Below, one piece after another: positions 34,901 to 46,490 of a DNA stretch of 46,490 nt. The notes below the pieces were generated by a model. That model saw nothing but the letters and a program-made list of their open reading frames with translations, searched no databases and was not told where the DNA came from. Source of the DNA: Catajapyx aquilonaris (Eukaryota); NCBI GenBank assembly GCA_000934665.2, contig KZ538812.1, positions 1-46,490 on the forward strand, read 5' to 3'. The translations under genes were made by a program, and so were the position numbers. The stretch's first letter is position 1, and the number at the start of each line of letters is the position of its first letter.

Positions 34901-36374
34901 ACCACATTCTGTACTCAGCCACCTCGAGTTGCCATGCCTGGAAAGGGCCAAATCACCCTTACAATTCCAAGCTTCAACTCAAAAGACGCTGCATCAGTGG
35001 TAACCAACTACTACCAGGTTGGGCCCTTCTCACATGGGACCTTCACCAAGCTGTGCACGTTTGTGGTGAGAAAATCCAGGGTCTCTCTCGTGTTATTGTT
35101 GCATTCTAAGGGCCAGTAATATCTGCTGCTTATGTGCATGTACTAATTAAAAATTAGTAAGCAGATATGTTGAGTCTAACTTGTAAGACTATAAGACTTG
35201 TTTGCAGGTTCTTCTAAATACCATGGAATACAACGTTCTCCGAACTCAACGGCACATGGGCTACAGCGTGGAGACCGACCAAATGTGTGACCACGGGATT
35301 ATGGGACTCACGTTGTCCGTGGCCACCAGTGCTTCCTTGTTTTCCACTTCAGATATTGACAAGGAATTGGACCAATTTCTGGAATCATCCGTCAACTTCC
35401 TTAGCTATGTCCCACATTCAGACTTAACGCAGGCCAAAAATGAAGTTTATGATTATGTTGCTGATCACGTGTCACTTCACGGAGACTTTGGCGATGATGA
35501 AGAGGACCACATAGTATGTTCAGTAATTACTTTATGATACCATTACCTTTATTTCTTATCACAACTTTGGCTTTGTGCGTGCCAAGGATGAGCACTTGGA
35601 GACAGTAACATTCGACTCGATCAAGTTCTGGGCTAGAAAGTACTTTCTGAGAAATTCCAGCGAATATTTCCGGAAAATCAGTGTTCAGGTAAGACAACAC
35701 TTCAGTCCTTGGTGTTATTCCTGCGTGCAAAATTGCATTTGTTTTCAAGATTGTTGGCAATCCTGAACAAGTGTTGAGTACCACACCTCAAGAAACTGCA
35801 GATCCTGGAACCAAAGTTGATGATGCTGCTAAGCCATTTCCTCATCTCAGAACCTTTCGGTCAAGTTTGGTGCACATGCCGCGGTACATTCAATACTCCT
35901 TGAATCGAAGTGAGTATAAGGAGGGATATATTTCAAGGCATTCTTCACAGTTATTAGGGCAAATATGGTACTGTACACAGTAACATGATGCAAATCAACA
36001 GTAAATCAACAGTAATATTATATACTGCTCCAGAATCTGGTTTAAAAAATGTGCAATGCCTTCACTATTAGCATACTGTACAGTACCTTACGTAATACTT
36101 ATGCATGGCATTTATATCACTTTCAAAATATTTGTTTAATTCAAGTGATTTGTTTCGTAATGCATGGACTCTTGCAAACCTGAGTGGATAAACTGCAAAT
36201 AAGGTAAGTGCCATGAATTGTAGCAAACGTTCACTTGTTATTTCAGATAAGGAGAAATATAATCCTGACACAAAATATGACATAGAGGTTTTGGAGAGAG
36301 TCGAAGACAAATTTGTAAGTAAAGTTATTAATGGCAGTATTGAGGACCTGAAGAAAACACTGCCTTTTTACTGA
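31907..36374 (+). CDS. NRDC: Divergent nardilysin-like M16A (insulinase family) metallopeptidase
   Basis: Exons begin 31907-31989, 32167-32224, 32286-32426, 32494-32662, then 32789 onward. Motifs KPCNDKTEYR, AGSFYDPEEWPGLAHLVEHMIFMGS (HxxEH), EIPVVHHEF (distal Glu), HPRRMFNFGN, YEGRGSL, NSKDAASVVTNYYQ, VLRTQRHMGYSV, RKISVQ. It ends at 35983 if unspliced, or at 36374 via splice 35909>36247. May be a paralog rather than the NRDC ortholog. Confidence 0.75.
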
Positions 36375-36939
36375 TGAGAAATTTTGTTCCTGTGAGTTTA
36401 CCGAACAATAAAAATTACGTTGAAAATTAAGAAACCTCATATTTTTCAATTACTTGTCGTCAGGTCTATATTGTCTGTATTTGTACGGCATTACCCAGAC
36501 TTATCACACGTGAAACTTGATATGGTCAAGTGCTATATCATTTTTCAGTTTAGATCTTGTGTAATGATCACTCGCAAAAAAAACACCTCTACATTGAACG
36601 TACTTCACGTCCAAGCTGAATGATTGCCACTTTGTCTCCAATATATTTACAGGGTAAAAACCCTGGGAAAGACCCACTTGGAATCTCTGATAATACTTTG
36701 AACTTGTTTGTTAGTACACAATATTGCTTTTCCTCTTGGGATATTCGTATAGCTTTTAAATGAACACTAGCTACACATTTTGGGAAAAATAATTAATATA
36801 CTGTAACTAAGGTTGAATCTTGTATGACATTCTCAATGCTGTACAGATATAACCCACATGCAGTGGATATCAAGTCTGCTGGAGTAACATTGCAGAAAAA
36901 GAGACAGTGTGTAGCATCATGCATGTCGTTTGCGTGGCC

Positions 36940-39099
36940 TTAGAGTTTGGAGGGTGAATTGAATCGGTCAAGAGAGAAGGATTTGATGTCGTGAATAGGA
37001 GACCTTCCGGTCACTAGATCTGCCAGGATCTCTCCTACTATTGGGCCCATCTTAAATCCAGTCCCTGCAAGTTAGATAAGAACAGATGCTTTAGAATATT
37101 TTTTGATTCAGCACAATATTCAATAAAATATGAGTACAGAACACTACAATCCAGAGTCTAACAAGTTATAACCTGATACGATAAATGAGGATATGGAAAG
37201 GCAATTAGTCTTCATCATACCTGAAAATCCGCATCCCAGAGCAATATTTGAATGTAGAGGATGTCGGTCCAAGATGCACATCTCATCTGGGGTTATCTGA
37301 AAAATAAAGAAAATGTATGGTTTTAGACCTGCGGGTGTACACGTGTTGAATTAGGAGCTTTACTCTGAGTTCTTACCGTGTACATGCACATCTCGTTGAT
37401 CGCTGGTTTGGGTTCGATACCCGGGAAGTGCTTGCGAATGTATTCACATGTAAAGTCAGCCAGTTCTGCAAGGTCCTTCTTATTTGCTCCTCCGTCCCTG
37501 TCGTCTGGATCCACTGGTGTTCCTCCATGCCAGCCCATCTATGAATAGATAATACCAGCTTACTCCAGGCATTTTTTTTTTTTTTTTTGCATTACCCATA
37601 TCTATTGCGCATATATGGGGGGTGGATTACCACCATCGGAATTATTTTTTGGAGCGTGTTAAGAAGGATCTTATTATTATGCTCCAAGGTTGTTAGGAGG
37701 GGATGTGCAAAGTGCATGTGCGCTGTCGAGTAGTGGTCATTTTGTGAACTCCCCCGGGTGGCTTAGTCTATCGGAAATTGCCACCCGAAACGAAGCCAGA
37801 GATGGCCCAACTCTGCACGAAAGAAGGTGGGAACCCCGGGTGGGGATTGAACCCGGGACCTTCACTTCCGTGGGCGCGCGCGTTACCGCGGCGCCACTCC
37901 GTCTCCCTCACTCCAGGCAATATATTACTGATGGTTGTATCGCGCACATGTCATAGGACGGACCTATAAGAGTGACCATTCAGCGGTTACCTTGACCATG
38001 CCCGGATATTCAAAGCAAGGCATGCCAAATCCATGCTGGGTGCCACGATTCTTGTCAAAGTCCATGAAAGCATGCGGCAAACACTGGTCCGGACCTTTGA
38101 CTTTGAAGTAGAAAACGGGTACGGCCCATGGCTGCAGTGGTGGGTCTAGGTCGATTTGCTTCAGAAGTTTGGATGCCCATGGACCAGGACAAAGAACCAG
38201 GTGGTCGCAAATCAGCTCTTCTCCAGACTCACCAGTGATCACCACTCGTTTTCCTGGAGTTATACTGGTTACTTTGAACCCATCGCGAATCACTCCTCCT
38301 TGTTGACGAAACGCGTTCTGTAAAAGCTCGCAATGTCACAATGTCTCAATGTGCGATGAGGGCGTAATGAAATACCTGAACAGTGTTTAAAGCTTTGTCC
38401 GCACGCATGATACCAGCACCTATTTCTAACAATGCGCTGTGGTCGTCTGAGTACTTGACCTGTGGATATTTTTTCCGAATGTCACTAGCACTTAGCTCTT
38501 GGTACTGGATAGCAGGATTGTTGCCAAGTGACTTCTTGACGCTATTCAAGTTTTTACGTCCAGCTGTTGAAGCCACGCAAAATAGACCCACCGGGCTGGA
38601 ATAGACAAATGTGAGAATAATAGAGCAGAGAGTTAAATAATTCGCTTACTAAATCAGTTGGGTGTTCTGCTCTCTCTCTAAATCTCTCCAAAGGGTGTAG
38701 GTATGAAGCATCAATGCTGTTTGGAAGTCTTCCTGGTAGGCGTTTCGTATGATGCGGGTTTGACCATGGGAGCTGCCTCTACTGTGCGGTAGCCTGAACT
38801 GAAAAGAAAAAACTTGAATTTATAGATACCTGGACCGAAATACGTATAGCCTAATAAGTTTTGGCCACTTTATCCTGATCTTGAAGCAACCCTTCGCACA
38901 GGTCCCACGGTGAACAGTATGTGTGTGTGTGAAGGGTTGCTTCAAGACCAGGATAAATTTGCCAAAACTGATTGAGACAGATTAGAGCAGTTACCTGTTC
39001 TAATAGAAGGGTCTTGTATCCTCGTTTGACGAGTTGGTAAGCGGTCCAGGAGCCCTGGATACCAGCTCCTACCACAATGCACTGCCACCTGTTGTCCAT
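36940..39099 (-). CDS. PIPOX: Peroxisomal sarcosine / L-pipecolate oxidase
   Basis: Exons 39099-38995, 38798-38650, 38595-38376, 38317-37991, 37538-37377, 37296-37221, 37064-36940. Motifs: Rossmann [30 protein letters not shown] (FAD-attachment Cys), [12 protein letters not shown]-terminal PTS1 SKL*. Confidence 0.93.
37572..37909 (-). mobile_element. Full-length tRNA-derived SINE
   Basis: Minus-strand head gagggagacggaGTGGCGCCGCGGtaacgcgcgcgcccacggaagtgaaggtcccGGGTTCAATCCC carries A and B boxes. It has a 17-nt poly(A) tail (T run 37572-37588) and a perfect 10-bp TSD ACTCCAGGCA at 37562-37571 and 37910-37919. Confidence 0.9.
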
Positions 39100-40320
39100 G
39101 CTGTGGTAAAAGGATGGTTACTATCCAAATTCCCAATTTTCTGGCAGGTATTAGCAACTTGCTAAAGGAACATCATAAGCATAATGACGTTAACAAGGTC
39201 AACCGGGGATACTTTGTTATGTCATTTACCCGAAGGCCGAGAGCTCTTATGCAATGTCAAGTAGCCCATCCAGCGACCTTGTAGATAAACACTCCATCAT
39301 ATCGTTGTTCCTGACGCAACTATAGTATGGATTGATTTATTCGCATTATTGTTGAGTTCGCGATAGTTCTTGTGATCAGTGTGTAGATAACTTATATAGT
39401 GTGGTTTCTGGTCCATCAGACAACAAAAAGGTTGCAGAAGAATTGATGAAAATTAATTTGTTGCTGTACCAGTGGATTTGCATCATAAATATTAATGGGT
39501 CAAGATTATTGTTATGATGTTCATTACATTTTTTGTTGAATAATGTAAACTGCAAAGTCAGACTAACAGTCTAATGCAATGAATGCAATCACTAGGTAGG
39601 GTATAACTTTGGTCATTGCTGGAAACCCAAGGCACATTATGTTCCTTGTTATATATGGTCATAGTTATGCCTTTCAGCATGGCCTAATTGCATAACACCA
39701 ATGAGCTTATCAATGACTCCTTCAAAAAAATGCAAAGTTTGAGCATTGCAGAGACCTACTGGCAAGTAGAAGGCATGCTGTAATGTTTGCTCATTCGAAG
39801 CCTTGTATTAATATTGCAACTTCTTTTAGGTACGGTACTTTACCTCAGCTAAAGGAAGTGTCAGGTTCCGACGATGCTGCTGATGGTCTTGGGTGATAGG
39901 AAGGCCAGTGGTCTGCCTCGCTTATGAGCATAATTATATAGGTGTAGAGCATATGTGCCATCTAGTGTGAGTCTCCGTCACATGCACATGGATGGAAGGA
40001 CAAACGGTATCGCCTTTATCTCAAATTCACACTGAGATTATATAGGTCACTGACGACATAAGTTTAGAGACTTTATGACTGAACTGTGATATACAATTCA
40101 GTTTTTTGGTTCGTTTGTGTCAGCAAAATTTATTCATCACATAACTAGAAATCAGGTGAACAATGATCTGGCGAAATATATTGTTCCACCATTATTTTAG
40201 TGGGTTGAGTCCAGGTCCGAGAATCCCGTACCGACGAAGTGAAAGCCCATCAATGGCTTACAAACAGTAAATACATAACTTTGTTTATTACACTATATTG
40301 CAAATATCTGACACATGACA

Positions 40321-42138
40321 TCAGTGCGGTCTGTCTCCTCCGACCCAAGGTGTCCTTATGTGGTCGTGAGGCCTCGAGCTCCCTTTGGACCCTCCAGCTG
40401 CAGAAGCCTTGTTATCATGATGGTTATGATTGGGATGGTTTTGCAAATCGTTGTGATAAGGTTCCTCATCATCTGCTGCACTTTGGGACGAATATGCAGA
40501 TGGGCGATCAGGCTGGCTATACGATGGCTTCTGGGAATCATAAGGCTGCTCCTCTACTTTTCCGTCACTGAAATTCAAATATAACATTGTAATATTCCAA
40601 TGCCAGACTGTCGTTGTCAACTCACTTGTCGTACGATTGTTGAGCATATCCGTATGAGTAGAAGGGATAGCTGGCAAAATAGTCTCCGTTAGGTCCAGCT
40701 GCCAACGGATACAATCCTGAAGATGGCACCTGAAGGCGGTATGGCTGTTGCGGTTGTGCCTGCTGGTATTGTTGGGGATGGTAGCTGCTCTGAGATGTGT
40801 GTTGTTGCTGAGGTTGATAACTCTGAAGAGGTGGATGCTGCTGGGGTGGAGGGTAACCCTGCGACGACTGACCTGGGTACGCTGGTTGGTAGTGACCCTG
40901 TCCCTGAGGAGGAGGTCCTGCAACCACGTACACCGGTCCTGCAACCCACCAAATATCAATACGACATTCGCACAAGCTTGTGGTATCCAACACACCTTGC
41001 ATTCCATAAAGCACTCCCTGACTTTGAGATGGATGAGATTCCCATGGTGATGAGTTTGGATTCAGGCCTAGGTCTTCGTCGGTCAATTCCTCTTCTGCTC
41101 CTCCTTCAGGTAACAAAAAAGTATGTTAATAGATACATGGTAGCACACTGTGTTAGGAAAGGAAGGTCTGCAACAATGGGGACCGTACCGTTTTGGCACC
41201 TTTTATTGGAGCAGACAAAATACCGTGTGTGTACAGTATGCTTTCTTTAGGACACAAAAGCGTTCGATGGACCATAATGAAGGATGAACCGTTGTAAATG
41301 GAAAAGAGGAAGGCAAAGCAGAGCATCATAGGTGGCAACGGGATCTCGTTTCCTTTCTGTTCTTTCGATGACCTGATTTTCTCAGCATCTACCACCAGTG
41401 TCTGCGTCATCAGGTGCTGCAGTTTAAGTAGGTTTCAGGACCTACTATAATTGTTCTTTTCCTGTCAGCCAGACAAGAAGGAAGTAAGAGTCATTTTATA
41501 GGAAAGCGGAACTGCTTTGACACTTTTTTTTTGAAAGGGACTGTAAAATATTGGGCTGGGACTGGAGCTGATACGGATCCTCTCACTTTTATCATTAAAT
41601 GGACTTTTGAGCTGTATTTTTAAACTATGAGAAAGTATTAGTGTGTGAGACCTATTCCACATAATAGGATATACAGGTTGCAATAATTATTTCTGCAAAC
41701 ATTTTATAAAGACAGTTTAAAAAATTGGGGATATGAGTGTGGTGGTGTGAAAACAATATCGTATTCACTATGTACTGTACAGTAACATATTTTTCTTCAA
41801 AAAACTGCTATATTTGATTTTGATATCACATATTATAGTAGATATTTCACAGTTTTCTTAATAATGTTGGCCTGGTTTTTAAAATAATAAATTTGACACC
41901 CATTTCGTGATTGGTTTTGTAGAATTCTGCACACTGCCACATTAATTAAAAACGAGTCTTAGTTAATAAATAAACATAATTTGAACTGACCTCTTCGTCG
42001 AAAGCAGCATTCGGAAGTTCCAATAGTGACCACTAAAAACACCAACAAACACGCTGACGAATCCTAAGATGACAAATAAAAAATTAAATCCAAAAACATT
42101 GTCGCATCAGGACCAACAGAACTTACACTTCCTCTCAT
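40321..42138 (-). CDS. Orphan secreted low-complexity Gln/Pro/Tyr/Ser/His-rich protein (~250 aa)
   Basis: Exons 42138-42127, 42063-41991, 41103-40996, 40938-40626, 40567-40321 are phase-consistent and total 753 nt. The N-terminus MRGSDSSACLLVFLVVTIGTSEC resembles a signal peptide. A canonical core promoter lies upstream. Confidence 0.72.
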
Positions 42139-42156
42139 CTTGTACCGCGTGCATTC

Positions 42157-42190
42157 AGACTGAGAATCAGTCTCATTAGGTCTATTTATA
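42157..42190 (-). promoter_or_regulatory. TATA box plus arthropod-type initiator
   Basis: Minus-strand TATAAATA starts at 42190 and TCAGTC has its +1 A at 42161, placing TATA at -29. This is 23 nt upstream of the orphan gene ATG. Confidence 0.7.
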
Positions 42191-42914
42191 AGGAAGATGC
42201 GTCTTGTTCTCCTCTCACTTGGCCCAAAGACTCACGTGACACTGACCGTGACCATGGACACGACCGTGACAGAGCAGAAGGAGCATGCTGGAACTCCCCG
42301 TGAAATCCACAGTTTTTGCAACCTCCACGAGGCGAGAGTTGGAACAAAAAAATATATTTCGACCGGTTTTTTTTGGTGGTTTCAAAAAATACGACACGGT
42401 GGTTTTTGGTTTTTTGGCCGAGCCCGAATTAGCACTGGTCGTTTACTTTCATGTTTTCTTATTATAAAGTACTGTAGTGCACCCGGAATTTAGTATGTTA
42501 TATCCGGAGTCAACTGTATGGTGGCCTAGTGCTCACTAATGTACTGTACAATTTTTGTTGTTTGAACCTGGCGCGTGATGAGTGTTCGAACGCGAATATC
42601 CGAACGCACCGCTGGATGATGACGTACCATCAGCGGCCTGCTGGGCATGTTTTTCAAACGCGCCCTGTTCATCCAGCTGGCAAAAGGAAGGGAGGGGGAG
42701 GACTGGTGGAGGGGACAGGATGACATGCGTTCTGGAACACATCACACGTATGACAACAATCCCAGGGGAATCACCAGGGCATGCCAGCAGGAAGAGGGGA
42801 GCCGCGTAGGAAGAAGGAAGAGGCTGGCTGGCTGGCCTGCGGTGAGTACGGCACATCAGGTACGACACAGGTAGAATCTGATGGAGTTATAGCGAGATAC
42901 ATTGCAGCTGTGCC

Positions 42915-44569
42915 ATGGTTGAGCATGAGCGTATGGAGGATGGGGATGGGGAAGGAGCGGCATCGGAGGAGGAGGAGGAGGAGGACAGACCGTTTGATTG
43001 CAGTCTGTGTGGTGCGGCATTTGAGCACGAAGAGCAGCTGCTGTGCCATGAGCAGAGGCACCCGAGGGTGGGGTACAAGAGGATGAAGGCCAAAGTGGAA
43101 AACTCGGGTGTTAACAAGTGCATGAAGTGCGGGAGGTGTTTCACGCAGGCTGGGAACCTCAGGCGACATGTACTCAACGTGCATCTGAGCAAGGCACAGG
43201 TTGGTGTTAGGAGGAATGGAAGGAGCAGCGAGGGAGTGCTCGCTCCGAAGGTATGCAGGTGTATACTGTGAAGGGCATGCAATTTTGAATGATATCACTC
43301 ACTGGCACAGTAATAATGGTGGTATCAGTGTGAACTTGAACAAAGCATGCATAGAATGATGCAGGAATGATGAATGCAGGCCTTCACCTACTTATCAGTA
43401 GTTACACCCACATGAAGCCACAATCATGGTGATAACAAGCATGGCTCTGGTTCACTTCCTGAAGAGACTTGCCATTTATTTGCCCAGCCCTCTAGTGTAA
43501 ATGTAGCGCAAGATCCATTAGTAGGTGTTCTAAAAATGTTAGTGATGTTTTACTGCTGCACTGTACCAGGAAGTATTTTGATTGATTGATGATCATGACG
43601 TACCGTTCTCGCTGTAACATGACAACATGGCATCTCCCAGTCAGATCATTATTCTCTTTTGGTATTCACAATACATAATCAGAGGTTCTCTCATAACATG
43701 AGTCGATATCATGACGCCCGAGATTGTTCAGTACTTCATCAATTTGAATTCCAGTAAATGAGAAAACAGGCAAATAATCTTGTGACTGTCACTTATTCAT
43801 GTTCTTTTTGCAGCACTTAAAGTGCCTCGAATGTGGACGTACATTTTCCCGTCCAAGCCAGTTGGCCTCCCATCAGGGCATGCACCAGAGGTTGAATGCT
43901 GTACGCAAGAAGGGCTTCCTGGATGGCCCATCATCTCACCTGCGCAAGGCTACACTTCTGCAAGGCCGCAAGAGGAGATCAAAGATGTCCATTCAGATGG
44001 CCCGCAAGAAGAAGGCATTAGGAGCTAAATTGCAGACTCCCAAAATGAAAATTAAGGTACAAAGTGAGGAAAGTAGTGGAAGAAAGGGTGAGGTACATGA
44101 CACCATTGAAAGAGTAGTGAGTGAGGTACATGACACCATCGAAAGAGTAGTGAAGAGTGAGGAAAATATTGCAGAGCCAGCAGCAGAAAGTGAGGCAAGT
44201 GTCACAAAGCAAGAAGCGGAGAGTATGGCACCTGTAAAAAAGAAAAAAGCGCAGGGTGAAGCAAGTCTCGCAAAGAAAAAGGTACAGAATGGGGCACTTG
44301 TCGCAAAGGGAGAAACGCAGAGTGAGCCAAAGAGTACAGGAAAGGGAGGGGGAAAGAAGGTGATAAATGGTGTGTATGATCCAGTGACACGTCCGTATGA
44401 GTGTGACCTTTGCCCAAAGGCCTTTGGCAAGATGAGTCTGCTGACCAGACACAGAAAAACGCACAGTGGAGAAAGGCCATTCCAATGCCACCTTTGTCCA
44501 AAGACATACACGAGAAAGTTTTCTCTACAGATGCATGTAAATACAGCACATCCGGCACCTGCCTTGTGA
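42915..44569 (+). CDS. C2H2 zinc finger protein (five fingers, basic linker)
   Basis: GCCATGG start. Exons 42915-43250 and 43814-44569 join in phase 0. Fingers: CSLC..HEQRH, CMKC..HVLNVH, CLEC..HQGMH, CDLC..HRKTH followed by SGERP, CHLC..HVNTAH. Confidence 0.85.
44088..44153 (+). repeat. 33-bp in-frame tandem duplication
   Basis: EVHDTIERVV occurs twice, with one synonymous difference (att/atc). Confidence 0.9.
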
Positions 44570-46390
44570 ACAGGGATGTGTATACCAGCACTCTTTAAAC
44601 CTAATGCATTTGCACTAGTTTTTATGCATGCAGGAGTCATTAAATATTGTAATATTTTTATCTGGTTGAGGTGAGAAATATGATAGCTGCACTGAAAAAT
44701 GTTATTATGGTTTTTGACATGTAGGACCATGGATGAGGTTATCCAATGCAATATTTATATGGGGTTTTAATGCTGTGCCTTACAACTATATTCTGTTACA
44801 GAACAAATCACTTTCTGGTATACTGAGATTAGAGAAACTTGCATTGGTACGTATATACCTCCAGTTTGCAAACGGAAGGGTGGTAGAGAGGTGCTGCGTA
44901 TAGCAGGCCTAGCATGAATGTGTAGCATGTCGACAGACTTGTAAGCGATTTATGTAGAGAATGATATTTGCTGTGTTTAAAGTAACGAATCAGCTCTACC
45001 CTACCTCTGTAGTGGAACATGCAAAATAAGGAATGGAATGCTACGTAAATAGCACAGGTTGAGAGCTTCCAATCATGAACTTTGGCCCCTTTACGTTTTT
45101 GACAGTTTTAGGCAAACTTTTTAAATTGGCATTGTTACACTTTCATCATAATCTGCCTTTTTCGACTCTTGCAATCCTTGCAATCTTTACTTGTCATCAT
45201 TAGCAACGTAGTATTCCTCTATCATTATGTATTCCGTTGACGACTTGCAACCAAATGCAAATAATAATTTTGCAGTTTTAAACCCAGTTTGAAATGCACT
45301 TGTTTACTTCCAAGTGTGTTAAATTATTATAATTATTATGATAATGACAGCTTGGCCAGGCATATACTGTAAATGGATATAAATGGATATATTTTTAATG
45401 TGTAAATGTGTGGGATTCAAGGAATAATTTGTCATTACATTCTACCATGATGTGAAACATAGAAGCCTTATGTGATAGGCACAATAAGTTGATTTTTATT
45501 TATGCATAAAATTATGGCTGAACTTCTGCCTATTAGAACAGGGTTTTAGCTTGTGTCCATTGCTTGTACAACTTGCCATAATTATGCCGGCAATTTGAAA
45601 GATTTTTCATATTGCGGGTGATGGAATAGATGCGCATTAATTTTCCTCTGAGGCGGATGTTCATGTGCTCTTGTTGAGGCAAAATTCCTCTGATTGTGTT
45701 TGTTGAGGGGTATAATTATTATGTTGCAAAAAAAGCACAAGTTAATGGATCTGTGATGCACCTCAGATAACCTCATGTCTTGAGAACGAATTGATGGCAG
45801 TTGTATTGCACTTGCCTTGAGGTGGTCAAGCTGCGTAATGTGCACTTTTGTTTTTGCGACATTCCTGTGCGCTGTCACTTGGCTACTGAATCACGCAAAC
45901 TATGCAGAAGTCATGTAAATGTTAAGGATGCAAGTCAAGCTGTCATATTTTTAAATGCCTCATTTCGCAAGTTATAGTGTAGTATTTTTGTACCTTTATG
46001 GTGTATTATAATATGGAGACCTTTTGAGAGTAAAGTGACTCTCGGTTGTTCATGTGAAGTAAATCAGCCAATCCCAGTGCCTGCTGTGTGATGCAGTTCA
46101 GTGGCTGTGGTGTTCAGTGGTGTCACAGGCCCAACAGGTTTTCTGCCGAGTTTTGTGTCAATAACAGATCCCTTGCTAGTAAAAGAGAGTGACTACAGTT
46201 GTCCCAAAAGTTGGCATGAATCACGTCTTGCAATGGTGGGAACCCTTGCATAGTTCCTACCTTAAATTGGCACTTCCATAACAGATTGATTACATGCATT
46301 GTACAGTACAGACAGCCCTCGATGCAATCCAAGAAGTGAAATATGCACTGATGTGAATCTTAGTTAACTTTTGGGACATCCTGTGTAGTT

Positions 46391-46419
46391 CAACAACAAC
46401 AACAACAACAACAACAACA
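46391..46419. repeat. (CAA)n microsatellite
   Basis: About 9-10 CAA units. Confidence 0.9.
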
Positions 46420-46490
46420 TCACGACATTTCCCTATGAGGGGTAGTCAGCGATGAAGGGAGATGCAAGCTAACCCAACATATGAACTAAT

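Noticed and set aside
36068..36449. Minus-strand 68-80 aa ORFs between the peptidase and PIPOX
   Set aside because: AT-rich with no motif, and partly antisense to the better-supported plus-strand terminal exon.
37829..37909. tRNA-like sequence
   Set aside because: I see no convincing cloverleaf or acceptor stem. It continues into a body, poly(A) tail and TSD, so it is a SINE head rather than a tRNA gene.
41153..41410. 85-aa minus ORF with a hydrophobic stretch as an exon of the orphan gene
   Set aside because: The phase-1 splice from 41991 into the nearby acceptor meets a stop, while direct splicing to 41103 gives a clean model. An alternative start cannot be fully excluded.
43366..43463. 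Possible C/D box snoRNA (ATGATGA ... CTGA) in the zinc-finger gene intron
   Set aside because: No recognisable rRNA or snRNA guide and no convincing terminal stem. Such motifs are expected by chance.
43993..44751. 252-aa minus ORF and similar long antisense ORFs over SSRP1, PUS7 and SLF1
   Set aside because: Antisense shadows of real coding exons.

Overview
Eukaryotic genomic DNA, most likely from a compact-genome arthropod or other invertebrate. Supporting signs are GT-AG introns mostly 50-120 nt long and a TATA + TCAGTC initiator promoter; the species cannot be determined. Nine spliced protein-coding genes can be reconstructed: an SLF1/ANKRD32-like SMC5/6 localisation factor (+), PUS7 (+), a PR/SET-like six-finger C2H2 gene (-), kinesin-6 KIF20-like (-) head-to-head with SSRP1 (+), a divergent nardilysin-like M16A peptidase (+), PIPOX ending in SKL (-), an orphan secreted Gln/Pro/Tyr/His-rich protein (-) and a five-finger C2H2 gene (+). 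The longer introns and some spacers hold many non-autonomous elements: long foldbacks, TTAA-, TA- and TTA-flanked MITEs (several nested) and a complete tRNA-derived SINE with a 10-bp TSD. I recognise no transposase, CRISPR array, rRNA or true tRNA. The most notable observations are the SLF1-like gene carrying a tandem SIM-like array with an altered H4K20me0-reader ankyrin motif, and the orphan secreted protein with back-to-back initiators. Exon boundaries were derived by eye and are unverified by transcripts.
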